This document shows positions 19,558-29,424 of a stretch of DNA of 64,000 nucleotides, piece by piece. The stretch is taken from NCBI GenBank assembly GCA_965372795.1, contig CBDVDR010000004.1, forward strand, positions 128,001 to 192,000, written 5' to 3'. The translations under genes were made by a program, and so were the position numbers. The notes under the pieces were generated by a model. That model was given only the letters and a program-made list of their open reading frames with translations, did not search any database and was not told the DNA's origin. Numbering within the stretch: position 1 is the first letter of the stretch; each line of letters starts with the position of its first letter. Origin of the DNA: an uncultured bacterium. GTDB lineage: Bacteria > Zixibacteria > MSB-5A5 > GN15 > FEB-12.

Positions 19558-20274
19558 CTAATTCGTTTCGTTATGATCCCAATACATGATTCTTCCGCAA
19601 TGATCACAAGTCAGTACCAAATCAGCCTTTTTAATCTCTTGAACTTTTTTTGGTGTCAATGCTTTATAACAGGCACCGCATGCCCGTTTTTTTACAGAAA
19701 CAACAACCGTTCCGCCTTTGCCTTTTCGTACTCGATCATAAATACTAAGAGTTCTTTTAGGAATTGAAGAAGAGATATCACCTCTATCATTCATCTTATC
19801 AGCCATACGATTGCCGATAGTATCGATTTTTTCCTGAAGAATCTGGAGTTGTTTAGAATTATTTTCTTCAACACTGTCCAGTTTTTCTTTCTGTGAAACA
19901 ATATCTTTTTCAAATTCTGCCATCTGATCAATAACTTCCAACAGATTCGTCTCTATTGAAGAAATCCCTTCTTTAACACTATCAATTTGAGCAACTAAAG
20001 CATCGTATTCTTTATTTGTTTTGATAGACATCATCTGTTGTTGAAATTTTTGAAGATCAGCTTCTTTAGTCTGCATATCCAACTCAAGCTGAGCTTGTTT
20101 TACTTTCCCGTCTTCAAGATTCTGAGTGGTTTGATCCACATTATCTTTGGACTCATTTAATTCCTTTTTGAGGTTATCCATCATATCGGGCAGATATTCT
20201 TTAGATCTTTCCAACTCACCAATATCATAATCGATAACTTGAAGTTTCAACAACAGTTCGAGGTCGTTGTTCAT
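19558..20274 (-). CDS. Coiled-coil + C4 zinc-ribbon protein (DUF164/CT398-like); start corrected to 20274
   Basis: LLKLQVID, long coiled coil, KEYDAL, CGAC...CDHCGRI. GAAGGAGG RBS before the ATG at 20274. Confidence 0.9.
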   Translation of the reverse strand: MNNDLELLLKLQVIDYDIGELERSKEYLPDMMDNLKKELNESKDNVDQTTQNLEDGKVKQAQLELDMQTKEADLQKFQQQMMSIKTNKEYDALVAQIDSVKEGISSIETNLLEVIDQMAEFEKDIVSQKEKLDSVEENNSKQLQILQEKIDTIGNRMADKMNDRGDISSSIPKRTLSIYDRVRKGKGGTVVVSVKKRACGACYKALTPKKVQEIKKADLVLTCDHCGRIMYWDHNETN

Positions 20275-20329
20275 TGGCACCTCCTTCTTTATAGCATCTA
20301 CTTTCATTTCTCTCCAATCATTTGATAAC

Positions 20330-20366
20330 AAAAAACGCATTCACCTGTTCACCAAGTAAATGCGTT
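20330..20366 (-). terminator. Probable terminator downstream of the tRNA pair
   Basis: AACGCATTCAC / GTAAATGCGTT stem followed by a T-run on the minus strand. Confidence 0.55.
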
Positions 20367-20467
20367 GTATTCTCTTTTTCACCGCTTTCCATTTTTCTTT
20401 TTAAAGGCAAAGCAGTTATATAATAAATCTTTTTTAATCGTCTTAAATCCATGTTTCTCACAAATTA

Positions 20468-20541
20468 TGGGCAATACTGGAATCGAACCAGTGACCTCTC
20501 GGATGTGAACCGAACGCTCTAACCAACTGAGCTAATTGCCC
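20468..20541 (-). tRNA. tRNA-Val (anticodon CAC); CCA not encoded
   Basis: Minus strand GGGCAATTAGCTCAGTTGGTTAGAGCG-TTCGG-TTCACAT-CCGAG-AGGTCACTGGTTCGATTCCAGTATTGCCCA folds as a cloverleaf. Confidence 0.93.
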
Positions 20542-20554
20542 GAGTCTATTACTC

Positions 20555-20628
20555 TGGGCCCTGTAGGACTCGAACCTACGACCCGCTGATTATGAGTCAG
20601 CTGCTCTAACCAACTGAGCTAAGGGCCC
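20555..20628 (-). tRNA. tRNA with CAT anticodon, most likely tRNA-Ile2 (lysidine); CCA not encoded
   Basis: Minus strand GGGCCCTTAGCTCAGTTGGTTAGAGCA-GCTGA-CTCATAA-TCAGC-GGGTCGTAGGTTCGAGTCCTACAGGGCCCA. The acceptor stem is Ile2-like and there is no initiator C1:A72 mismatch. Confidence 0.88.
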
Positions 20629-20646
20629 TTTATAGTCGAGTCTCGC

Positions 20647-20675
20647 AATTTAATTCGAATCTATCAGTCAGTCAA
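20647..20675 (-). promoter_or_regulatory. Sigma-70 promoter of the tRNA pair
   Basis: Minus strand TTGACT-N17-TAAATT, about 18 bp upstream of tRNA-Ile2. Confidence 0.65.
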
Positions 20676-20799
20676 GCGAATTATAATTGTCCTTCAACAT
20701 CCTTTTTAAATAATATCGGCAATTATAACTATCTCAGTTAAATTACTTTCAGAAATCTACACTTTTTTACTCTTTGAGCCAAGCATCTTTCCCGAAATG

Positions 20800-21960
20800 T
20801 TAATTCTGGCTCAAATTCTTAATCGCTTGCCGGATCATTTCGGTTTCACAAGCGTATGAAAACCTAATCGCTTTATTATCATCAAGAAATATATCACCGG
20901 GAACAGATCCCAAAGAATATTCATCAATTAAGTGATTTACCAGATCCCAGGCAGAATCAGACCATTTTTCGGTTATCTGAGCATATAAATAAAAGGCTCC
21001 TCCCGGTGGAGTATCACATTTCAAATATGGAGATGCTTTTATGCCATCAAATAAAAGATTCCTACGTTCCAGATAAATATCTTTCATCTCATTGATACAA
21101 TTTTGAGGACCATTTAAAGCCGCCACCCCGCCATATTGCGAAGGAGTAGAAACACCGTTGATAGTGTATAGAATCATTTTCTTAATGTTATCAGCAAATT
21201 CTGATGAACTGCAAACTACATATCCAAGCCGCCACCCGGTCATCGCATAACTTTTTGAGAATGTGAAACAGGTTATGATTTTGTTCCGGACTTTAGCTGG
21301 GAAATCCTTTGCAAGTGACGCTATACTAACATGTTCCGACTCATAAATGATATCTTCATAAGCTTCGTCAGAGATAATATATAAATCATTTTCCTCAGCT
21401 ATTTTTAATAATTCAAGCAGCAACTCTTTGGTAATAACCCCTCCGGTCGGATTCTGGGGAGAATTGATTAAAATCGCCTTCGTGGATGGCGTTAGGCTAT
21501 TTTTTAATTCATCCATATCCCAATTATAGCCTAATTCAGGGCGCAATTTTACTTTTTTAAGTTTCCCCCCAGCCAGTTTAATCATCCAGGCAGTGGCGGT
21601 CCAGTTGGGTTGAGGGATGATAACTTCATCACCCGGGTTGAGTATTGTTCGCATTGTGCAATAAATTCCATGCATACCGCCATTTGTAACCACGACCTTC
21701 CCAAGACCATCAAGATAATCAATACCATTTTTTTCTGTAACTTTTTTAATAATAGCTTCTTTTAACGGTTTAATACCTGTCGAAGGTGCATAATGGGTTT
21801 GATTGTCAGTAAGAGCTTTAAACATAGCTTCTTTAATATGTGATGGAGTATCAAATGATGGTTCGCCTGATTCTAACCTTAAGGGATTGTCAAGTTGCAG
21901 TAACCGATCTCGAACCGTAACAATGCCTGAAAAAACTACATCTGGTAGTTCTCTATTCAA
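20800..21960 (-). CDS. PLP-dependent class I/II aminotransferase
   Basis: GEPSFDTP, INSPQNPTG, ISDEAYE, FSKSYAMTGWRLG. Confidence 0.93.
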   Translation of the reverse strand: MNRELPDVVFSGIVTVRDRLLQLDNPLRLESGEPSFDTPSHIKEAMFKALTDNQTHYAPSTGIKPLKEAIIKKVTEKNGIDYLDGLGKVVVTNGGMHGIYCTMRTILNPGDEVIIPQPNWTATAWMIKLAGGKLKKVKLRPELGYNWDMDELKNSLTPSTKAILINSPQNPTGGVITKELLLELLKIAEENDLYIISDEAYEDIIYESEHVSIASLAKDFPAKVRNKIITCFTFSKSYAMTGWRLGYVVCSSSEFADNIKKMILYTINGVSTPSQYGGVAALNGPQNCINEMKDIYLERRNLLFDGIKASPYLKCDTPPGGAFYLYAQITEKWSDSAWDLVNHLIDEYSLGSVPGDIFLDDNKAIRFSYACETEMIRQAIKNLSQN

Positions 21961-22613
21961 AAATTCACCTCTAAAATTGATTCGTTAGTTTCATCTGCTT
22001 GTGTAATAATTTCACCCTCGGGGTTTACAACCATTGAACAACCGCCAAATTCAGTTATATTGTCATTCCCGACCCAATTTATAGCTAAAATATACACATT
22101 ATTGTCTTTTGCGCGTTTTTGGAGAAGTTCTTTCCAGTCCCCAATTCTCACTCGTGGAAAAGCTGCCGGTACAAATATTTTTTCTGCTCCCATTTTTGCG
22201 AGCTGACTGAACAATTCAGGAAACCGAAGGTCATAGCAAATAACAGCCCCGGATTTTCCAAACGGAGTGTCAAATAGAACAAGATCCTCACCCGGAAGAA
22301 ATGTCTCCAGCTCTCCCAAAGGTGGAAAAAGATTTATCTTATTGTATATTTGATATTTACCATTTTGATAATACAAATATGAATTATAAATACCATGTGG
22401 CGTCTGGTATGGAATTCCTATCATTATTGAACAATCAAACTCTTTTAGAGAATGAATAATATTCTCAAATGGTTCAACTTCTCTTTTCTTATACAAATAG
22501 CCCGAACTTCCCAGTTCAGCCAAACAGATCAAATCAGCCCCATCAGACGCTTTTCGAATTGAATCCAGATAATCTGTATTATTAATGTTTTGTTGTATCA
22601 GTTTTAAATTCAT
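21957..22613 (-). CDS. Nitrilase/carbon-nitrogen hydrolase (omega-amidase-like)
   Basis: Glu-Lys-Cys triad: ICLAEL, YNKINLF, ICYDLRFPE; also FGGCSMVVNPEG. Confidence 0.88.
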   Translation of the reverse strand: MNLKLIQQNINNTDYLDSIRKASDGADLICLAELGSSGYLYKKREVEPFENIIHSLKEFDCSIMIGIPYQTPHGIYNSYLYYQNGKYQIYNKINLFPPLGELETFLPGEDLVLFDTPFGKSGAVICYDLRFPELFSQLAKMGAEKIFVPAAFPRVRIGDWKELLQKRAKDNNVYILAINWVGNDNITEFGGCSMVVNPEGEIITQADETNESILEVNF

Positions 22614-22709
22614 CTTGCCTTTGAAGGGCTATGTATTTGATGTAAAAACCTATTTCTGGTACAAATAACCATAAATTTGTTAAAAAGTCAATAACGACAA
22701 TAATTTTTA

Positions 22710-22738
22710 TGGACTTTTCTTGTCTATTTTACTATTAT
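22710..22738 (+). promoter_or_regulatory. Putative sigma-70 promoter of the response regulator
   Basis: TGGACT-N17-TATTAT. Confidence 0.45.
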
Positions 22739-22852
22739 TACAAGTAATTCTAATAAAGTTTAATGAAAGTTAGTGACTTTAACTTTATAATTGATTTTTT
22801 AAATAAATTCCCTTTTATTTAAAAGTCACTGACATAATCTGTCACAAAGAAG

Positions 22853-23218
22853 ATGGTAAATATGCTTGTTCTGTTAATTGATGATGAAGAGATGATTTTA
22901 AATCTCGGAAGTAAAATCCTTCATAGAGATGGTCACGAGACTCTTGTTGCAAAATCGGGATCTCTTGGAATTGATATTTTTAAAAAAGAAAAGGTCGATT
23001 TGGTAATAATTGATTATCTCATGGATGGTCTTAGTGGAATCGAAACTCTTAGAGAAATTCGTAAATTGAATTCATCAACCCCATGTGTAATTTCAAGCGG
23101 TATATCCAACATTTCAAATGATATACCTGAAGAACTGCTTGAACATACCTATTTTCTTGAAAAACCTTACAATGCAAGGGATTTTAAGGAATTAGTAGTA
23201 TCAATTCAATATAAATAA
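22853..23218 (+). CDS. Single-domain response regulator (receiver only)
   Basis: LLIDDE, DLVIIDYLMDGLSG, ISSG, LEKPY. Confidence 0.9.
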   Translation: MVNMLVLLIDDEEMILNLGSKILHRDGHETLVAKSGSLGIDIFKKEKVDLVIIDYLMDGLSGIETLREIRKLNSSTPCVISSGISNISNDIPEELLEHTYFLEKPYNARDFKELVVSIQYK

Positions 23219-23325
23219 CCATCCCTAATTCTATAATTTAAAAATATTCCTTTAAAATACAGAAAATTATGCCTATTTTCCGTCAATTGTATAATATCAA
23301 TCTTTAATGAATTTGAAATTTAAAT

Positions 23326-25689
23326 ATGCAAAATTTTCTTAAAATTATTTTTCTTGTATTACTCTTCTCTTTTCAGAGTGTACCTCAAATTTTGGCTGCT
23401 GATAAATTTATCCAAAAAGTAAAAATCGGCTTTTTTGAAGGTGGGAATTCCCCAACCCATGCCTTGTTGCGGTCTGAGTATAAACGGGTCCTTAAGCAAA
23501 TCCTGCCTGAGGAATATAAAATACAATACACGCCTAATGGGTTTAAAACTGCTCTTTGGAATAGAGACACCTGCCGAACAATGGCAATGGAACTCTCAAA
23601 CTCCAATGATGTGGACATTATTGTTTGTTTCGGACCATGGGTAGTCGAGGAACTTATTGAGGCTGGATGTAAGAAACCGATAATTGCGATTCATCGAATC
23701 CACCCTATAGAAGAAAAACTGATCAATCAAAATAATCAACCGATAGTTGAAAATCTGACCTTTCAATTTAAACCGAACAAAATCCAGGATGATATTTTAG
23801 CTTTTTATGATATTTATCAATTCAAGAAACTGGGAGTGCTACTTTTTCCAACCGGTGATGAACGTAACAATATCATAAAAGAAATTGAGATTATCGGTGA
23901 AAAAGTCGGGTTCGAAGTTTATTCCGCAGAAGGTAACAACAATGTCGGCACCTTCGCCTTTTTCAAATCATTTAACGAACTTAATAAAAAAGAGATTGAT
24001 GCTCTTTATCTGTTCCCTCTATGGGGGCTTGATGTTGTTCAACTCGGTGAATTTCTAAAATTAGTCAACAGCCAGCAAATTCCATCATTTACTTACGAAG
24101 GGAATAATCCGGTTCAAAGGGGAGCCATGGCTTCCAACGGAACCCTTTCATTCATTACTGATGCAAAATTCAACGCCTACAAAACAGTTCAAATAATCCG
24201 TGGGAAATCTCCATCAGAGTTAGAGACTATCTTCCCGGAACGATCAGTGCTGGTTATCAATGAAAAAACAGCAACAACTTGTAATATCGAATTAGATCGA
24301 AAATTTTACTATAATTCAGATATTTTAACACCTCCTCCTTCTGAAGAAATCAATCCGATCTCTCTAATTGATGCCGTATCTTTAGCCTTGGCTCAAAACC
24401 CGGGATATCTGGCAAAATATGATGCTTTGGAAGCAGCCAATCATGCCGCCCGACAAGCTTCAACCGATTTTTATCCAAAGATTGATCTTGGATTGTCAGC
24501 CTTTCATATTGATGACAACAGTGTTAACAATTCTCATAACTGGTATGACAATAATGGCTATGATGCAACGATTACATACGATCAGCAGCTTTTTTCTCTT
24601 GAGAGTATCAAAAAAGCAAAAGCAATCGCTTTTGAAAAAGATTTGACCGAATTAGACCTTAATCAGGCGAAATTAGATCTCGAACTCGCAACAACCAAAG
24701 CATATCTTGATTATCTAAAAACTCAAGAAATATATGCTTTAACAAAACAGAACCGCGAACATATCAATCTTTATTATGAGATTGCCCGTTTAAACTCTGT
24801 TCTCAACAATGCTGATACCGCCGATATCTTCAGGTGGGATAATGAATGGTATAATGCATCTGCTGATGTAATAGATTCCCGATTTAATTTTTTGAAGGCT
24901 CAACTTGTATTTCGAACTCTGCTTAATCTCCCCCCTGAATATGAAATCACACTCGACACAAGTTTGTTTACTACCGAAAACATGCTTGGTGAATACCGGC
25001 AAATTTATAATTACACCGGCACCAAAACAGAACAAATTTTCCTTCAGGATTATCTATACAAAATTGCCTCTTCCCTCCATCCTGAAAAACAGAGCATGAA
25101 TGTAAGGATCAACCTTGTCTCTACTTTGCTTGAAAAAAACAAAGCCCGTTACTATCCAAAAGCGGGCGTCCGCACCTCATTCACCTATGCAGACCGCCTT
25201 AATGATGATTTTCCCGGTATTGAAGAAAAACACAACAGCTGGTCAATTTTAGGTTATTTAAAACTCCCGCTGTTTAGCGGTTTTGATCGCTCCCGTGAAA
25301 AAGCAAAACTAAAGGCAAAGCTGAGTGAAACTGAATACCTTCGAGATGCAAAATCTCTTGAAATTATGAATGCTATCTTTAATAACTTTTATGATATGTT
25401 AAGCAACTCCGATCAAATGCCATCGGCACATCGTTCTCATAAAAAATCCCGGATTGTTTTACAAATTGCGGTTGAAAATTATGAAAGTGAAATAATTTCT
25501 TATATTGAACTTCTTGATGCTCAAAAAAATGCTTATAAATCAGATAATAGAATGATTAATTATCGTTATAATTATTTCAACTCACTTGCAAATCTTGTCA
25601 ATGTAATCGGATTGAGTATGTCAGACCGGTTAATGGGATTCAACCAGTTGTTTATAGAGCAGCTTGAAAACTACAATTCTGAAAATTAA
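23326..25689 (+). CDS. Fusion of a periplasmic (ABC-type) substrate-binding domain and a TolC-family outer-membrane channel
   Basis: Signal peptide; N-terminal ~330 aa SBP-like region ending LVINEKTA; then a TolC region (SLIDAVSLALAQNP, FYPKIDL, YYPKAG, LPLFSGF, IELLDAQ). Confidence 0.82.
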   Translation: MQNFLKIIFLVLLFSFQSVPQILAADKFIQKVKIGFFEGGNSPTHALLRSEYKRVLKQILPEEYKIQYTPNGFKTALWNRDTCRTMAMELSNSNDVDIIVCFGPWVVEELIEAGCKKPIIAIHRIHPIEEKLINQNNQPIVENLTFQFKPNKIQDDILAFYDIYQFKKLGVLLFPTGDERNNIIKEIEIIGEKVGFEVYSAEGNNNVGTFAFFKSFNELNKKEIDALYLFPLWGLDVVQLGEFLKLVNSQQIPSFTYEGNNPVQRGAMASNGTLSFITDAKFNAYKTVQIIRGKSPSELETIFPERSVLVINEKTATTCNIELDRKFYYNSDILTPPPSEEINPISLIDAVSLALAQNPGYLAKYDALEAANHAARQASTDFYPKIDLGLSAFHIDDNSVNNSHNWYDNNGYDATITYDQQLFSLESIKKAKAIAFEKDLTELDLNQAKLDLELATTKAYLDYLKTQEIYALTKQNREHINLYYEIARLNSVLNNADTADIFRWDNEWYNASADVIDSRFNFLKAQLVFRTLLNLPPEYEITLDTSLFTTENMLGEYRQIYNYTGTKTEQIFLQDYLYKIASSLHPEKQSMNVRINLVSTLLEKNKARYYPKAGVRTSFTYADRLNDDFPGIEEKHNSWSILGYLKLPLFSGFDRSREKAKLKAKLSETEYLRDAKSLEIMNAIFNNFYDMLSNSDQMPSAHRSHKKSRIVLQIAVENYESEIISYIELLDAQKNAYKSDNRMINYRYNYFNSLANLVNVIGLSMSDRLMGFNQLFIEQLENYNSEN

Positions 25690-25693
25690 GAAT

Positions 25694-26350
25694 TCAGTTA
25701 ATATAGTTTTCCAATAAATGCCAATAAAGCTTATAGATAATAATTAATGTAACGATTGAAGCTGCAACCGTTCTCATATTTTTCATAAATTTATTGTCTT
25801 TAAACGGTATAATTTCTTTACCATTTCGGACTCTTATAAAAACACGAAAATAATTTATCAACGATGCAAAGATGAATATCAAACTGGCAGCCATACAAAA
25901 TACAATACCAAAATCAAAATAACTTATATAACTTCCAAGCAGTAAAGTTATAGATGCAAAGGCATATTTACCGGTCAAATTTGACGGAATTATTAGATCG
26001 TTTTTTTTCACGAGAGTTGAACCGGCAATAATTATCAGCAGGTCTCTTCCGATAATTATTGAGGCTAACCAGACTGGAAAATCCCGGTAAAAAATTAATA
26101 GCCCGACAATTGCCAATGCCATAACTTTATCCGACAATGGATCGAGAATCAACCCCAGCCGACTAACTTTGTTTAGTTTGCGAGCCAGATAACCGTCTAA
26201 GCCATCAGTAATTCCTGCCAGACCGATAATCAACAGACAATAAACAGGATTCCATTTCCCCCCAGATGCAAGAAAGTACCAGATAAACGGCACCATAAAT
26301 ATCCGGGAGAGACTTAATAAATTGGGTATTTGAATCAAATCTTTTAACAT
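25694..26350 (-). CDS. CDP-alcohol phosphatidyltransferase (PgsA-like)
   Basis: PNLLSLSR; TDGLDGYLARK...GLILDPLSDK signature. Confidence 0.92.
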   Translation of the reverse strand: MLKDLIQIPNLLSLSRIFMVPFIWYFLASGGKWNPVYCLLIIGLAGITDGLDGYLARKLNKVSRLGLILDPLSDKVMALAIVGLLIFYRDFPVWLASIIIGRDLLIIIAGSTLVKKNDLIIPSNLTGKYAFASITLLLGSYISYFDFGIVFCMAASLIFIFASLINYFRVFIRVRNGKEIIPFKDNKFMKNMRTVAASIVTLIIIYKLYWHLLENYIN

Positions 26351-26419
26351 ATTTTATCCATAACAAAGATCAATATGCTGTTTTTTAAGATAAGAAGAAA
26401 GAAAAATGTCTAAAGGCAG

Positions 26420-27046
26420 TTATTGAAATGGAAGATGCTCGTAGATTATCGGTACTAATACTTTTTCAAGATCATCAAGAGCTTTAATACTTTCTTCCTG
26501 ATCTTCAACTATAAAACGAATAAAAGCGACTTCGCGAGGTTCAAACATCAACGAGCTAAGCATCGAGTAAATTTTAAAGATATAATCATTTGAAGTTTCG
26601 CCATAGTTGGTAACATACCAGAAATCCATTACCTGTTTATTTTGATCCTGCTGAATCTGGATTCGTCCGATTGAAAAGCTGCGCTCGTTAATAAATATTA
26701 CTTGTGGTTCTGAATCTTTCAGAACCCAGCCGGAACCGGGCAGACAATTTCTTGGAGAGTGTGGTCCGCCGAAACTTCCTTCAGTAATAAAAAAGTCAAA
26801 TAGGACTTCAACTCGAACCCCGTCACTGTTTGTAAAGTTTGCTGAATAAATTTCTTTAGGTTTTAGCAAATCAAGCACAAAAGCCGGAACATCATTTATC
26901 TCCGCCTTCCAATCGCCTACTTCTTCGGGGAAATTACTAAAATCCACTGAAACGGTGGATTCTGTTTGATAAAATCTTAGTAACATCGCCAAAACGAAAG
27001 TAACAAGTAAAATTGATAATACTATGCTAAACGATTTTTTGCCCAT
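26420..27046 (-). CDS. epsI: Exosortase-associated EpsI family protein
   Basis: N-terminal TM, FPEEVGDW, HSPRNCLPGSGW, FWY, AFIR. Directly downstream of exosortase. Confidence 0.9.
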   Translation of the reverse strand: MGKKSFSIVLSILLVTFVLAMLLRFYQTESTVSVDFSNFPEEVGDWKAEINDVPAFVLDLLKPKEIYSANFTNSDGVRVEVLFDFFITEGSFGGPHSPRNCLPGSGWVLKDSEPQVIFINERSFSIGRIQIQQDQNKQVMDFWYVTNYGETSNDYIFKIYSMLSSLMFEPREVAFIRFIVEDQEESIKALDDLEKVLVPIIYEHLPFQ

Positions 27047-27882
27047 TTCAACAAGGCTCCTAATATAAATATCAATATTAAAGCGACCAGAAAAACAATC
27101 GTTCCCGAGATTTCATGCAAAAAGCTTTCAGCCAAAGATTTATCGATGGCATAAGCTCCCAGGGCGGTTGTTATTATTCGGAAAATATTTGCGACCACCG
27201 CAATCGGAAATGTTGCCAGAAATAGAACAATTGCAATAGTTTTGCCGTCAAATTTCCAATTGGCATAAAGCGAGCTTAAAGCCAACAGGGTGACTAAAGA
27301 CCTCAACCCGCTACAGGCTTCGGCAACTTCCAAACGATATTCAGGAAGAATAATTATATTTCCATGACGAATGGATGGCACCCCAATATTCTGAAGGAAT
27401 GTATTTGTAACTTCCGATGCGAAAAGCTGCATCGGTGCCGTTGCTGAATAATAAATTATTGAAGGAATTGGGATCATAAATATCAGGAAAAAATACGAGA
27501 ACCAAACTTTTTTAAAATTCATCCAACCCAGATAAAAAATACTTACCCCGGTAAATATGACGACCAGTGAAAATCTGGTTGTAAAATATTCCCCGGCAGC
27601 TATTCCAAAAACATATCCAATACATCCGAGAAGCAATACAATTAGACCTTGAGGAGATGTCTTAGCCGGGAAAACCAATTCATCTCTTTTTTGATAAAAC
27701 AGAAAAATTGAAATTGGTATAATCAGAAATCCATGAGAATAATTATCATCCAAATACCAGTCATATATCAAATCAGAAAAGACCGGCAGGTTAAACAAAA
27801 TAATAACAGTAACAAGGGCGTATATCAATTTATGAGTATTGAGGTGTTCTTTTAAAATATTAATGGTCACAAATTTCTCCAT
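27022..27882 (-). CDS. Exosortase (EpsH/XrtA family)
   Basis: Multi-TM; YSHGFLI, MIPIP, VAEACSGLRS (catalytic Cys), ANIFRI (Arg), FLHE (His). Confidence 0.95.
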   Translation of the reverse strand: MEKFVTINILKEHLNTHKLIYALVTVIILFNLPVFSDLIYDWYLDDNYSHGFLIIPISIFLFYQKRDELVFPAKTSPQGLIVLLLGCIGYVFGIAAGEYFTTRFSLVVIFTGVSIFYLGWMNFKKVWFSYFFLIFMIPIPSIIYYSATAPMQLFASEVTNTFLQNIGVPSIRHGNIIILPEYRLEVAEACSGLRSLVTLLALSSLYANWKFDGKTIAIVLFLATFPIAVVANIFRIITTALGAYAIDKSLAESFLHEISGTIVFLVALILIFILGALLKWAKNRLA

Positions 27883-28116
27883 ACGCTACTTATCGAATTT
27901 TAATTCAAATAATTAACTTAATCGCCCTAATAGAATTTAGTTCCCTGTTCAAAAGGAACAACATAAAAAACCGCTTTACCTTCCGGCTGAAATATTCTAT
28001 ATATAATTTACACAATGATATAGCTGAAAAGTGACGGGATTTCGATATAACATGGTTTCTTACCATTTAATTAGCCTTAAAAATTTCAATTACTCCTCCA
28101 TTGAAGGACAACAAAT

Positions 28117-29418
28117 ATGAATATCTGCATTGTCGGGACCGGCTATGTCGGACTGGTCGCAGGAACATGCCTTGCCGATTTTGGCATGAATGTTACTTGT
28201 GTTGACAACGATTCAACAAAAATCGATATGCTCCTTGATGGTAAAGTCCCGATTTACGAAATCGGCTTATCAGATATGATTCAAAGAAATTTGAAACTGA
28301 ACCGGCTCCACTTTACATCTGATCTCGAAAAAGCAGTCAAAAGAAGTCTGGTTATATTTCTTGCGGTCGGTACTCCGCAGGACGATCAGGGTCGCGCCGA
28401 TTTAACCCAAATTAATGAAGTATCAAAATTGATTGCTTCTGCGATGGATGAATATAAAGCGATAGTTATCAAAAGCACAGTCCCGGTTGGAACCGCTGTA
28501 AAACTCGAAAAAATTATTAATGAAAATCTAAAACATCCGGTCCAATTTGATATTATCTCAAATCCGGAGTTTCTGCGCGAGGGGTCTGCCGTTAATGATT
28601 TTCTAAATCCGGATCGGGTTGTCATCGGAAGCAGTTCCGAACGGGCAAGAGCAATTGTCCGTGATATTTATCGACCGCTGTACCTTGCTGACACCCCGTT
28701 TATAGATTGTTCCAATGAGACTGCCGAACTTATTAAATATGCCGCTAACACAATGCTGGCTCTAAAAATTTCCTATGTAAATGAGATCGCTAATCTTTGC
28801 GAACATATAGATGCCGACATTACTCAGGTTGCTAATGCGGTCGGTTTAGATTCACGAATCGGACCCCATTTTCTGCACCCCGGTCCGGGATTTGGCGGGT
28901 CTTGTCTTCCTAAGGATGTGAGTGCTATCGTAGAAGTTGCCCGCAGTCATGGCTTTGATTTTAAATTGGCAAAAGCTATAATTGATGTAAATCACCGTCA
29001 GCAAAAGCTAATTGTCGACAAATGCCGGACTCAGTTAAATGATCTATCAGGCAAAACAATTTCAATATTGGGTTTAGCATTCAAACCTAATACTGATGAT
29101 GTTCGAGATGCTCCCGCAATCAACATTGCTAATTGGCTGCTTGAGGAAAATGCCATATTAAAAGTTTATGATCCGGTTGCTATGGATGAATCTCATAAAG
29201 TATTAGAAAAGGTTGAATATTGTACTGACCCCTATTCCGCCTGTGAAGGAAGCGACATGGTTCTTGTTTTGACTGATTGGAATGAATTTCAAAATCTTGA
29301 TTTTAAGAAAATTAAGGAAATCGTCAAATCGCCCAATATTTTTGATACCAGAAATATCTACGATCCAAAAACAATTAGAGATTTAGGGTTTAAGTATCTT
29401 GGAACCGGTCGGAAATAG
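28117..29418 (+). CDS. ugd: UDP-glucose/GDP-mannose dehydrogenase family protein
   Basis: GTGYVGL, KSTVPVG, SNPEFLREG, GFGGSCLPKD, AFKPNTDD. Confidence 0.93.
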   Translation: MNICIVGTGYVGLVAGTCLADFGMNVTCVDNDSTKIDMLLDGKVPIYEIGLSDMIQRNLKLNRLHFTSDLEKAVKRSLVIFLAVGTPQDDQGRADLTQINEVSKLIASAMDEYKAIVIKSTVPVGTAVKLEKIINENLKHPVQFDIISNPEFLREGSAVNDFLNPDRVVIGSSSERARAIVRDIYRPLYLADTPFIDCSNETAELIKYAANTMLALKISYVNEIANLCEHIDADITQVANAVGLDSRIGPHFLHPGPGFGGSCLPKDVSAIVEVARSHGFDFKLAKAIIDVNHRQQKLIVDKCRTQLNDLSGKTISILGLAFKPNTDDVRDAPAINIANWLLEENAILKVYDPVAMDESHKVLEKVEYCTDPYSACEGSDMVLVLTDWNEFQNLDFKKIKEIVKSPNIFDTRNIYDPKTIRDLGFKYLGTGRK

Positions 29419-29424
29419 CCGTTT

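Noticed and set aside
20468..20700. tRNA pair as an integration site for a genomic island
   Set aside because: No integrase, and no duplicated tRNA 3' end seen elsewhere in the window.
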